Assembly: GCA_937925335.1 (NCBI GenBank)
Contig: CALEWY010000012.1
Span: forward strand, 14,137-78,136
From: an uncultured Acidimicrobiales bacterium
GTDB taxonomy: Bacteria > Actinomycetota > Acidimicrobiia > Acidimicrobiales > SZUA-35
DNA length: 64,000 bases
Direction: 5' to 3'
The position numbers and the translations under genes are program-made. Within the stretch, counting starts at the first letter, position 1; every line of letters begins with the position of its first letter. The notes beneath the pieces are model-generated. The model was not told the origin of the DNA. It saw only the letters and a list, made by a program, of their open reading frames with translations, and made no database searches. Of this stretch, positions 45,168-54,197 are shown piece after piece.

Positions 45168-46117
45168 CCGAGCTCAGCCAGGGCCGAGTGAACGCTGATG
45201 GCAGCGAGTTCGTGGACCTGCGCTGCACGTTCCAGACCGCCGCGCTCGAGGAGCCGCCGGCAGGAACGATGGGCGACGATGATCGCTACGTCCTGGTCGA
45301 GCTGCCGCTGCCCTGGCCGAAGAAGATCGATCAGCACCCAAGCCTTCCCTCCTTTGCGATGCGCGGCCGCCTCCTCGCGATCGCACCAAACGAGCCAACA
45401 GAACTCGCCACCGTGATCTGCTACGACCGACCGCCAGGAGCCTTCCGTTCCTTCGAACGTCGTGAAGCGAGGGTCGACCCAGCCGACCTCGATCAGGTGT
45501 TTCAGGATCTCCAGCGCGACGACTTCTCCCGCTTTGATGCCGACACCGCAGACGCTGCAGCTGGGTCAACGACCGACCATGTCATCGACGTGTTGGTCTG
45601 CACCCACGGCTCACGCGATCGCTGCTGTGGCCAGTTCGGCGCACGCCTCTTTATGGATCTCACCGACCGGCAAGCACACGGCGAATGGGACTCTCGAGTG
45701 CGCGTCTGGCGGACGAGCCACATCGGCGGCCACCGGTTCGCTCCGACGGCCATGACCTTTCCCGATGCGATGGGTTGGGCCTGGCTCGACATCGATTCGC
45801 TGGCGGGCATCACGGACCGAACGCTCGACATTCACATCGCCGCCGAGATGGCGCGTGGGAGCGGTGGCGTTGCCGGCAAGGCGGCGCAGGTGGCCGATGT
45901 TCGAGGCTTCGCCCACCACGGTTGGGCGTGGCTGGATGCACCACGATCCGCAACCGTCGTGTCAGACGGCGATCGTGAAATCGTCACGCTCGAATCAACA
46001 CTCGGCGTCGGGACGATCGAGCTTCGTCATGGCGAACCCATCCCCGTGCCAACGTGTGGCGAAAAGACCTCGACCAAATCAACCCGCCAGCTTGAGGTCG
46101 TCTCCGAAACCTGGTGA
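45164..46117 (+). CDS. sucrase/ferredoxin-like (thioredoxin-like [2Fe-2S]) family protein
   Basis: The ATG overlaps the pheA stop (ATGA). The VCTHGSRDRCCGQFG motif is present. Confidence 0.75.
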   Translation: MTELSQGRVNADGSEFVDLRCTFQTAALEEPPAGTMGDDDRYVLVELPLPWPKKIDQHPSLPSFAMRGRLLAIAPNEPTELATVICYDRPPGAFRSFERREARVDPADLDQVFQDLQRDDFSRFDADTADAAAGSTTDHVIDVLVCTHGSRDRCCGQFGARLFMDLTDRQAHGEWDSRVRVWRTSHIGGHRFAPTAMTFPDAMGWAWLDIDSLAGITDRTLDIHIAAEMARGSGGVAGKAAQVADVRGFAHHGWAWLDAPRSATVVSDGDREIVTLESTLGVGTIELRHGEPIPVPTCGEKTSTKSTRQLEVVSETW

Positions 46118-46153
46118 AGCAGCTCGCCGTTCGCTGCGCTCACTAACGGAGTT

Positions 46154-46421
46154 GTTCGCTGACGCTCACAACTCCCACCTGTCCAGGTCACCGAGCGCGT
46201 CACCCACGCCAGCCCGGCCTCGCCGTTCGCTGACGCTCACAACCCCCACCCTGTCCAAGTCACCGACAACCCACGCCAGCCCGGCCTCCGTGGCCATGAA
46301 CGGCCCCCGGAGGGAATCACAGGAACGCTCCGTGCAACGGCCCCCGGAGGGAATCACAGGAACGCTCCGTGCAACGGCCCCCAGAGGGAATCACCGCTGG
46401 GCCTCCGTGGCCATGAACGGC
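46154..46421. repeat. compound tandem-repeat tract: two units of about 66 bp, then a 37-bp unit x2.6, plus a flanking 22-bp duplicate
   Basis: 46154..46221 and 46225..46288 are near-identical. acggcccccggagggaatcacaggaacgctccgtgca occurs at 46300..46336 and 46337..46373, with a partial third copy. ggcctccgtggccatgaacggc occurs near 46284 and near 46400. Confidence 0.9.
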
Positions 46422-46433
46422 TCCCAGAGGGAA

Positions 46434-47753
46434 TCAGAGTCGGGCTTGGCCTTCGGGTGATTCGGCGAAACCGACGAGCACGTGCCAGCGCGAGGTGGCT
46501 TCGGCGCGCTCGACCCAGAACTCCAGACCACCGGCATCAGGTTCTCGACCGAAGACGATTCGGTAGGTCTGTTCGACGAAGGCTTCGGTGTCGGAGAGCC
46601 CGAAGCGAGCTTCGTATTCGGGGCTGTTGCCGATTAACGCGGCAAGTTCGACGAGTGAATCGCCACCTTGGAAACGAGCGGTCCAGTAGTAGCCGCCGGC
46701 CGATTCAGGTTCGCGCCCGAGCACGGCGACGTACAAGCGTCGAACGGACGGGTCGATCAACTCGCTTGCGATCTCGTCGACGAAGTCGTCGGACTGCGCC
46801 GCGTCAACCAGCGCATCGACGCTCACCGGTTCTTCGCCAGCGAATCGCGTCACGAACTCGTCGCCGGAAGCGATCCACGCTGCAACCTCTTCGAGTGTTC
46901 GACCGTTGCGGCACTGATCGATCCAGAAGGTGAGCGCTGCGGCATCGGGCAACCGGCCGAACGCCTGCTGGTAGAGCCGCTGGATCTGGAACTGCGCTTC
47001 TTCGTGCGCTTCGATTGCGATTCTCGGTTCAGGCAGGTCCTGAATGAACCAACGGGGGTTAACGGGAACACCACCGAGTCGAGTCTCGAAGTGCAGGTGT
47101 GCTCCGGTCACCCGGCCGGTTCGCCCGATCTGGCCGATCAATTGGCCAGCCTCGACGACGTCGCCGACGGCGACATTGAAGGCTGAAAGATGAGCCGACA
47201 CGGTCGAGAAACCGTCGCCGTGATCGACCACGATGGCGTTGCCGTAGCCACCGATCGAACGAGCCGCCACGACCGTTCCGGGAGCGAGCGCTTGCACCGG
47301 AACACCGACTGGATGCACGACATCGATGCCGTTGTGCCACCGAAGGGTTCGGTAGATCGGATGGATTCGATTGCCAAACCGAGCGAGTGCTGGGAGACCA
47401 GCGATCGGGACCGGGCTCGGCACAAACTCTGAGAGGTCCGTGGGGACGGTGTAGTCCGCCGACCCGATCACATCGCGATAGAGCGAGTCGACTCGGAACG
47501 TTGCGGCGAGGTGGGCTTCTCGCTCGGCTCGGATCTGCGCAACGTCGATCGAGGTGAGCTCCTCTGTTGCGAAGAAGCAGCTGACCGGCGGTTGTGTCAC
47601 TGCGGCGTCCGGTGCGATCGACTTGCCGATGCTCGCATCGTCGCCGGGCGCGCCGCTCTCAGGCACTCCCCCGTTTGCGGTGTCGATCGGCGCACTGAGT
47701 ACGCCAACAACACACACCACAAAGACCGCGACTCTCCCTCTCCACCAACTCAC
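46434..47753 (-). CDS. M23 family metallopeptidase with C-terminal DUF4214 repeats
   Basis: HNGIDV...GGYGNAIVVDHGDG...GAHLHFE M23 motifs. Three DUF4214-like repeats follow (FGR.PD..GL.FW). Confidence 0.85.
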   Translation of the reverse strand: MSWWRGRVAVFVVCVVGVLSAPIDTANGGVPESGAPGDDASIGKSIAPDAAVTQPPVSCFFATEELTSIDVAQIRAEREAHLAATFRVDSLYRDVIGSADYTVPTDLSEFVPSPVPIAGLPALARFGNRIHPIYRTLRWHNGIDVVHPVGVPVQALAPGTVVAARSIGGYGNAIVVDHGDGFSTVSAHLSAFNVAVGDVVEAGQLIGQIGRTGRVTGAHLHFETRLGGVPVNPRWFIQDLPEPRIAIEAHEEAQFQIQRLYQQAFGRLPDAAALTFWIDQCRNGRTLEEVAAWIASGDEFVTRFAGEEPVSVDALVDAAQSDDFVDEIASELIDPSVRRLYVAVLGREPESAGGYYWTARFQGGDSLVELAALIGNSPEYEARFGLSDTEAFVEQTYRIVFGREPDAGGLEFWVERAEATSRWHVLVGFAESPEGQARL

Positions 47754-48040
47754 GCCGCCGAGGACGCTAGACGCGCTCCGCGTTCAAGAAAACTCCGCTA
47801 CGTGAGCACTCCGACCTAGTCCGGATTGCCTCATCGCCAGTTTGAACTGGGGTCACGCGATGGTGACGATTGGTAACCCCCAAAAAGTTGAACGCTCTCT
47901 GCGGTCGTGACGAGCTGGTTTTCATAGTCCATATGAACTACGCTCCTCGTCGCTGAGATGGTGGGCGATCGCGTTGGATGAAGACGACGGGACCATTCCG
48001 CCCTTGGCAACCGCCGCATAGAAATTTGAGGAGCCAATCC

Positions 48041-48280
48041 ATGGCTGAAATCGAAGGCCGCAAGGCCTTGCATGCTTACGTGTCTGACGACGCGCATGAT
48101 CACTGGCACGACTTTTGTGCCGAACAAGGAATCAGCGTGAGCGCTCTCCTTGAAGCACTCGCCCCCGCTCTCGACATCGAAGCGGTTGAGTCAAAGCAAC
48201 CAAAGTCCGAACGCCTTGCCAGCCTCATCACCGAGGCACGCAAGATCGATGCAGCTCGCCGCCGGCGTCGCCGCGGTTAG
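48041..48280 (+). CDS. hypothetical small protein (79 aa)
   Basis: A GAGGAG SD lies 8 nt before ATG 48041. The sequence is MAEIEGRKALHAYVSDDAHDHWHDFCAEQGISVSALLEAL... with a basic tail. Confidence 0.5.
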   Translation: MAEIEGRKALHAYVSDDAHDHWHDFCAEQGISVSALLEALAPALDIEAVESKQPKSERLASLITEARKIDAARRRRRRG

Positions 48281-48284
48281 CCCA

Positions 48285-49595
48285 TTAGGAGCGGCCGTTC
48301 GTCGCTTCCAAAACCACGAACTTTGCAGTTGAACCAACCGTACGAACCGAACTGAAACGGCGACCAAGTTCTCGGTGATAGCCAAGGTGCCGGTTCCCAA
48401 CCACAACGAGACGACCGCCTGGCGCTAACAAGCGCCGGGCGTCGTCGAACATGGCCAAGGCAATAGAGTCCGACCGGCTTTGGTGCGTGTGGAACGGCGG
48501 GTTGTTCACGACGAGATCAACCGAGCCGTCGTCGAGGTCATCCAGCGTCCGAGCGACGATGAACCGCACGGCTTGAGCCAGCCCCGTCTGGGCCAGCTCG
48601 GTTTTCGCTAGCCCTGTTCTTGCAAGCCCCGGTTCTGCAGACCAAGCCTGTGCAGACCCGGACTCTGCAAACCAGGACTGTGCGGTTCGTTCGGCTGAGG
48701 CGACCGCCTGATAGGACTCGTCGACGAAGGTGAGCGAGCCCAGCCCGGTTCCCGGCGCCTGCTCAGCGATGTGCAATCCGAGCAGACCATTCCCACACCC
48801 AAGATCGAGCACATGCTGGCCCTCAGCAACGTTTGGCAGATGATCGAGCATTGCCCGTGTGCCAATGTCGAGCTTGCCTCGCGAGAACACGTTGGCAAAT
48901 TCGTGCACCGGACGACCCGAGGCGAGTTGATAGGTCGCAACTTCGCCGGGGGCAGCGCGCCCGTCGCCGTCGGCAGCGAACTCCAAGACGTCCAAACTGT
49001 CGTCCAACGTCGAGCGAATCAGTCGAGCCTTCTTCTTCGCAAGTGACGTCGGTGACGGCCCAATGATCGAAGCGAACAATTCGATCGTTGAGTTGTGAAT
49101 CGCTTTGACCATGCCGGCACCGATCACGACCGAATCGGGATGCAACAGTGGGCGGAGGCGTCGCAGCTGATCCTCGAGCAGGGCCAGGCTCCGAGGGATC
49201 TTGATGACCGCAACGTCGATTGGTCCAACAGGGTCTTGAGTGCTCGGCACCACCGCCACGCGAGACGGATCATGACCGTTGCGCTCGAGGTTTCGCGCCG
49301 TCGCTTCGTGTGACGTGATCGAGTCGCCCCACGACTGAACCGACAGCTCGGTTCCATCGCTGCTCGCATCTCGGGCACACAGGCTCACGGCAAGCGCACC
49401 AAAGAGATCGTTGACGACAAGCCAGCGGCGTTGGCCATCGTTCGCCCAGGCGTCGGTCGAATCGGCGAGGTCAGCGAGCACGAATTCGTCAGCGGCATCC
49501 CACGCTCGCAACGAAGGGTCGTGCTCAGCTGGCAAACGGTGAAGCTCGACCGCACCGGCTGACCCCACCATCGTGGTCTCCGGTTTGCGGCTCAT
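48285..49595 (-). CDS. class I SAM-dependent rRNA (guanine-N2) methyltransferase, RsmC/RlmG-like
   Basis: VLDLGCGNGLLG SAM motif and VVNNPPFH catalytic motif. The layout has two domains. Confidence 0.8.
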   Translation of the reverse strand: MSRKPETTMVGSAGAVELHRLPAEHDPSLRAWDAADEFVLADLADSTDAWANDGQRRWLVVNDLFGALAVSLCARDASSDGTELSVQSWGDSITSHEATARNLERNGHDPSRVAVVPSTQDPVGPIDVAVIKIPRSLALLEDQLRRLRPLLHPDSVVIGAGMVKAIHNSTIELFASIIGPSPTSLAKKKARLIRSTLDDSLDVLEFAADGDGRAAPGEVATYQLASGRPVHEFANVFSRGKLDIGTRAMLDHLPNVAEGQHVLDLGCGNGLLGLHIAEQAPGTGLGSLTFVDESYQAVASAERTAQSWFAESGSAQAWSAEPGLARTGLAKTELAQTGLAQAVRFIVARTLDDLDDGSVDLVVNNPPFHTHQSRSDSIALAMFDDARRLLAPGGRLVVVGNRHLGYHRELGRRFSSVRTVGSTAKFVVLEATNGRS

Positions 49596-49741
49596 TCGAC
49601 CGGCTCGCCCTCGACATCACAGTCCGGGTTTTCACACACGAAACCCGAACCGAAGCCCTCCGCGGGAAGTGCGGTCACGCCGCAGGATCGACAGATGGGC
49701 GCATCACTCCCGTCATCTCCACCTTCGAGCCACGAGTTCAC
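49592..49741 (-). CDS. possible 49-codon zinc-ribbon-like ORF (not in the supplied track)
   Basis: Hand translation gives (V)NSWLEGGDDGSDAPICRSCGVTALPAEGFGSGFVCENPDCDVEGEPVE. Its stop overlaps the methyltransferase ATG (ATGA). Only a GTG start is available, and the SD is weak. Confidence 0.3.
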   Translation of the reverse strand: MNSWLEGGDDGSDAPICRSCGVTALPAEGFGSGFVCENPDCDVEGEPVE

Positions 49742-49771
49742 GACGAATATCTTGCCGTCGCGAACCGGGGA

Positions 49772-50539
49772 TCAGCGTGACGTTGCGATGTACTCGACGA
49801 TCTCGTCTGCTTGGCCGTCGATCACCACGTCGAACTGTTCCGCCGCCGCTGGTGAAGGGTCGAGGCTGAACAACACCGTCGGCACGTCGTAGTCGCGTCG
49901 ACAGAACCTGGCCCAGCTCGAGATCGTGCCGGTCTCAACCGAGGTGCCGATGGCCAAGAACAGGTCCGCATCGGGGAGTGCTCGTTTCACCTTCCACTCG
50001 GGTTCGACCATCACTCGTTCCCCGTAGAGCACAACATCAGCTCGAACCTGTCCGCCACAGGAGCGGCAGGGGTCGGAAGTCCACGGGCCGGCGTGCATCG
50101 CGGCGCATTGTTCACAACGAAGCCGGTGCGCTGAGCCATGAAGTTCGAGTGTTTCGGCGCCGGCTCGCTCGTGCAGCCCGTCGATGTTCATCGTGACGAG
50201 CGTGAGATCGCCACCCTTCGCACGAAGACTCCGTTGCCATTCGGCGAGTGCGAAGTGGGCGGCCGTCGGCTCACACCTTGCTGCGTCGTCCGCCATGCCG
50301 GTGACGAATGCCCGAACATCCTCAGGGTCAGCTTCGAGGTGGCGACCGGAGAGTCGCTCGGTCATGTCGTCGGTGGATGCGAGGCCGGTCGGCCCTCGAA
50401 AGGTGGCGAGCCCAGCCGCCGCCGAAATGCCAGCTCCGGTGATCACAACAACTCGTCGAGCATCAGCAAAGAGGTGCTGTCGCTCGAGGTTTCGTTTCGA
50501 GTCCGTCGTGCTCGATCGCCCCATGAGATTCGTCTTCAT
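49772..50539 (-). CDS. cobB: Sir2 family NAD-dependent protein deacylase
   Basis: VVVITGAGISAAAGLATFRG motif, a Zn module (CEQC...CRSCGG) and LFLAIGTS. The start is taken at ATG 50539 to avoid overlap with the upstream gene. Confidence 0.85.
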   Translation of the reverse strand: MKTNLMGRSSTTDSKRNLERQHLFADARRVVVITGAGISAAAGLATFRGPTGLASTDDMTERLSGRHLEADPEDVRAFVTGMADDAARCEPTAAHFALAEWQRSLRAKGGDLTLVTMNIDGLHERAGAETLELHGSAHRLRCEQCAAMHAGPWTSDPCRSCGGQVRADVVLYGERVMVEPEWKVKRALPDADLFLAIGTSVETGTISSWARFCRRDYDVPTVLFSLDPSPAAAEQFDVVIDGQADEIVEYIATSR

Positions 50540-50582
50540 CAAACGACTATCGGCACGAATCGCCCCGCCACTTAATCGAGCG

Positions 50583-51410
50583 TCACCGCATCGTGAACAG
50601 CTGGCGAGCACGGATACGACCGTTGGCAAGGTCTCGAGCAAGCTCGCCGAACCCGCCGATCAGAACATCGGAGAAGCGACCGATCGTGTAGTCGTGAAGG
50701 ATTCCGTAGCGAACGTCGATCGAGTCGTCATAGGGCTGGTAGGTCCCGAACAGTCGATCCCAGATGATGAACGAGGCGCCAAAGTTCTTGTCCAGGTACT
50801 CATCGTTCGATGCGTGATGGGCGCGGTGATTGAGCGGCGTGACGAAGATCTTGTCGAGAACGCCGAGGGAGCCAACCGACTCTGAGTGTTGGAGCTGCCC
50901 AACGATCAGAGCGATCGCTCCGAGGGCTGCATACATCACCGGGTTGAATCCCACGAGCGGTGCCCACAACACGATGACTGGCTTGTAGAGCATCTCCATC
51001 CAGGGCATCCGGACGGCGGTTGTGTAGTTGAAGTCGGTTGATGAGTGATGGATCGAATGTGATGCCCAGAAGAGCCGCGTGGAGTGCTCCATGCGGTGGA
51101 TCCAGTAGTAGGCGAAGTCGCCGATGACCCAGAGCACCAGCCATGACCACCAGGCGAAGACGGGAATGTCGAAGATCCTGAAGTTCTCCCAGATCCAGAC
51201 GTAGAGGACGAAGATGGAGAGCTTGGTGCCGACGACCTTGCCGATCAGGTAGGCGAATCCAGCAAACGCCGAGAGCGATGTCTGACGACGGTCGATCGAC
51301 CGCCGACGGAGCAAGTGGATGGCGGTCTCGACGGAGAAGATTGCGGTGACAGCACCGACAAGAAGGATGAGGTTGTGGTCGAGCAACCATTGGGTGGCGT
51401 TGCGAAGCAT
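50583..51410 (-). CDS. fatty acid hydroxylase / sterol desaturase family membrane protein
   Basis: His boxes HRMEH, HSIHHS and HRAHH, with 4 or more TM helices. Confidence 0.85.
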   Translation of the reverse strand: MLRNATQWLLDHNLILLVGAVTAIFSVETAIHLLRRRSIDRRQTSLSAFAGFAYLIGKVVGTKLSIFVLYVWIWENFRIFDIPVFAWWSWLVLWVIGDFAYYWIHRMEHSTRLFWASHSIHHSSTDFNYTTAVRMPWMEMLYKPVIVLWAPLVGFNPVMYAALGAIALIVGQLQHSESVGSLGVLDKIFVTPLNHRAHHASNDEYLDKNFGASFIIWDRLFGTYQPYDDSIDVRYGILHDYTIGRFSDVLIGGFGELARDLANGRIRARQLFTMR

Positions 51411-51496
51411 GCCTTCAATGTCGACGCGCCATCACCAACGATCGATCCGGCCAATCCCCCAACGATGCCTGGGGGATTCTTTGCCAAGCCCGGGCG

Positions 51497-52348
51497 CTAC
51501 TCCTCGTCGATCACCGAATTCGTCAGGCGACCAACACCTGGAATGTCGACCGTGATCTCTCGTCCAGGAGCGAGGAAGACCGGCGGCGTGCGAGCGAAGC
51601 CAACGCCGCCGGGTGTGCCCGTTGCGATGACGTCGCCAGGTTCGAGCGTGGTGAAGGTCGAGCAGTAGACGAGGATGGCTTCGAGATCGAAGATCAACTG
51701 GGTGGTGGCTGCCGATTGCATCTCTTCGCCATCGACGAGGGATCGAAGATGCAGGGCATAGGGGTCGCCAACTTCGTCTCCGGTGGTGATCCATGGGCCC
51801 CACGAGCCGGACTTGTCGTAGTTCTTGCCCGGAGTGAACTGCTTTGTGTGGCGCTGCCAATCGCGAATCGATCCATCCATGAAGCAGCTGTATCCCCCGA
51901 CGGCGTCGAGCGCGTTTTCGCGCGTTGCTCGCCGCGTGGTTCGACCGATCACGATGGCGAGCTCGCCCTCGTAGTCGAACGCTTCACTCTCCGGAGGACG
52001 AACGAGAGGCTGCCCGTGACCAACGAGCGACGACGCGAATCGAGTGAAGATCATCGGGTGATCGGGCGCCTCGGTGACACTCGGCGATTCAGCGACGTGC
52101 TCGGCGTAGTTCGTGCCGACGCAGAGGATTCGTTTCAGGGCCAACACGGGAGGCAAGAAGGCAACCGACGCAAGGTCGATGCGGGGTGACGACGTCATCG
52201 CAGCGACAACCTCATCGCCTGAGCCGCCGGAGACGGCCTCGAGAATGGCCACCGAATCGGCGTAGGAGTCCCGAAGGTCGACCAGCGTGTCGTCGACGAC
52301 AACTCCGTGCATCGTTTCTGAACCCGCTTGGACCGTTGCGATCTTCAT
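51497..52348 (-). CDS. fumarylacetoacetate hydrolase (FAH) family protein
   Basis: FDYEGELAIVIG, FTPGKN and GDVIATGTPGGVG motifs. Confidence 0.85.
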   Translation of the reverse strand: MKIATVQAGSETMHGVVVDDTLVDLRDSYADSVAILEAVSGGSGDEVVAAMTSSPRIDLASVAFLPPVLALKRILCVGTNYAEHVAESPSVTEAPDHPMIFTRFASSLVGHGQPLVRPPESEAFDYEGELAIVIGRTTRRATRENALDAVGGYSCFMDGSIRDWQRHTKQFTPGKNYDKSGSWGPWITTGDEVGDPYALHLRSLVDGEEMQSAATTQLIFDLEAILVYCSTFTTLEPGDVIATGTPGGVGFARTPPVFLAPGREITVDIPGVGRLTNSVIDEE

Positions 52349-52668
52349 GCCACGAACTTACGGCGCTGTCGTCTCTCGGTGGTAGAACCCACGAATGAGC
52401 CGACCGACAAACAAGAGCCGAGTCACCAAGAAGGCCGCGAAGCCCGTTCACGGCGAGACCCGCCGCCGCAAGCATGGCGACCACTTCCACGACGAGCGTT
52501 GGTGCGAGAATCATCAGCAGTGGGAACCCGCTCGATAAGCGGGCAAGCGGGTTCTCGCGGGCTTGAACGCGGGCGCTAAGACAGCTCTCAGAGTCACTCC
52601 GTCATCGTTTGGTTCATCGGATCCCCCGATGCCCCAAAACCCTGACCACGCCAAGGAGCCGACGTCCC

Positions 52669-53925
52669 ATGAGCACCACCCCCAACTCCCCCAAGCCACC
52701 GTTCACCAACAGCTCGATCATCACCGCTGACGAACGGCGCGGTCGACGGACTCGTATCTTCGCCGCCTTTGGAATCGCCGCCGTCGTTGCGTCGGTTGGA
52801 TTCGGCGGCCACGCCATCGCTGCTGCGACGAGCGACCAAGCGACCCCCGTTCTTCGCTCCGAGCTGAAGCAGACGAACGACAGCGAGCGTTACGCCAACA
52901 ACCGCCAGGGTGCGGTCGAACTCGGCGACATCACACTCGACGAACTGGCAGACGAGCTCGCCGAGCAGGGCCTCATTCTCCAGGTCACCCCGCTCCGCGA
53001 TGGCGACGAGGCCGGTCCAGACTCCAACGAACCCGGTTCCAACGAGCCGGACTCAGGCGAGCCAGACGATTCTGGCGAGGTCGATCCGTTCGCCGGGATG
53101 ACCGACGAGGAAATCGAGAACCTCAGCGACGAAGACTTCTTCGCCCTTCTCGAAGAGGCCGGAATCGACATCGATGACCTCGAAGTGGTCGAGGACGACG
53201 ATCACGATGACGAGGACCATGGCGGCGATCACGACCATGACTTCGGAGACGAAGAGGTCCTCGGGACCTTCGCGGTCGACGGCGACTCGATCGACGTGTC
53301 CAACGCAACCGATCAGGAGACCGCCGACCAGGCGAAGGAGATCTGGGAGCGCTTCATCACCCTGATCCCGGCCGATCAGCGACAGATGTTGACGTCATTT
53401 GAGCTGAACCCCGCCGAGGCGGGTGGCGCCTACGTCTACCCGAACGGCGACCCGTCGACCTGGTCGATGGGCGTGAGCCTCGGCCTCGGCGATGACCTCG
53501 ACTACGTGTTGATCCACGAGTTCGCTCACCTGCTCACACTCCAGGCGAGTGAGGTGCCGCCGGCAGCTGATGCCGACCCCGGCGCATGCTCCACCTATTT
53601 CACCGGCGAGGGTTGCGCACTCAGCGGCACGACCGTCGATCAGTTCGTCGCCAAGTTCTGGCCACAGTCTCAGATCGATGAAGTCAACCGTCTGCAAGAG
53701 GAAGAGGACTACGACGGGTTCGAAGCGTTCTACGAGGAGCACAAGGACGACTTCGTGACCGACTACGCCACCACCAACCCAGCGGAGGATCTCGCCGAGA
53801 CCTTCACCGTGTTCGTGCTCAACGATCGGCCGACGGGCGACACGATCGCCGACCAGAAGATCAACCTCTTGTGGGCCGATCCGGACATGGTTTCGCTCCG
53901 AGCGGAAATTCGAGCGAACCGATAG
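52669..53925 (+). CDS. membrane-anchored putative zinc metalloprotease (HExxH) with acidic linker
   Basis: An AAGGAG SD precedes ATG 52669. It has a TM helix (IFAAFGIAAVVASVGFGG), the LIHEFAHLL motif and a downstream NPAEDLAETF (M90/MtfA-like third-ligand region). Confidence 0.65.
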   Translation: MSTTPNSPKPPFTNSSIITADERRGRRTRIFAAFGIAAVVASVGFGGHAIAAATSDQATPVLRSELKQTNDSERYANNRQGAVELGDITLDELADELAEQGLILQVTPLRDGDEAGPDSNEPGSNEPDSGEPDDSGEVDPFAGMTDEEIENLSDEDFFALLEEAGIDIDDLEVVEDDDHDDEDHGGDHDHDFGDEEVLGTFAVDGDSIDVSNATDQETADQAKEIWERFITLIPADQRQMLTSFELNPAEAGGAYVYPNGDPSTWSMGVSLGLGDDLDYVLIHEFAHLLTLQASEVPPAADADPGACSTYFTGEGCALSGTTVDQFVAKFWPQSQIDEVNRLQEEEDYDGFEAFYEEHKDDFVTDYATTNPAEDLAETFTVFVLNDRPTGDTIADQKINLLWADPDMVSLRAEIRANR

Positions 53926-53965
53926 CGGTTAGAACCAAGTAGCACTCCTTGGGCTCCGGTCCCCC

Positions 53966-54082
53966 TCCCCCCTGCCGGTGGCCCAAGTCGAGAACAGTTC
54001 GAACCCCGGCGCTCTGCACAGCGTCGGGGTTCGAGCGTTTTCCACAGCACCGAGGTTCGAGCTCATTGGTCAGCGAGCGGCC
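53966..54082. repeat. intergenic repeat element, copy 1 (63-bp identical core 53981..54043 containing a 16-bp-stem hairpin)
   Basis: The core gcccaagtcgagaacagttcgaaccccggcgctctgcacagcgtcggggttcgagcgttttcc is identical to 56120..56182. The hairpin is gttcgaaccccggcgc / gcgtcggggttcgagc. Confidence 0.9.
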
Positions 54083-54197
54083 AGGCAACCACCGAACGAG
54101 CAAGGTCAACGATTCAGCCCGTTCGTCGGATGACTGCCATCACCCTCCTCACGCGTGTTCGGAGGTTGTGAGGGGTTCGGTGGGTGCGTCGAGGTGG

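Noticed and set aside
46154-46421. CRISPR array
   Set aside because: The repeat units abut each other with no unique spacers. There are two different unit lengths, and no cas genes are nearby.
52350-52514. small membrane ORF starting MILAPTLVVEVVAMLAAAGLAVNG
   Set aside because: After about 30 hydrophobic codons the frame becomes Arg/Ser-rich and runs into the FAH gene. A plausible continuation (FLVTRLLFVGRLIRGFYHRETTAP*) is in another frame. I could not support either model.
53997-54036. tRNA fragment or att site suggested by GGTTCGA-like strings in the 63-bp repeat
   Set aside because: No complementary T-stem, acceptor stem or CCA context is present. The sequence folds as one long simple hairpin, and no integrase is nearby.
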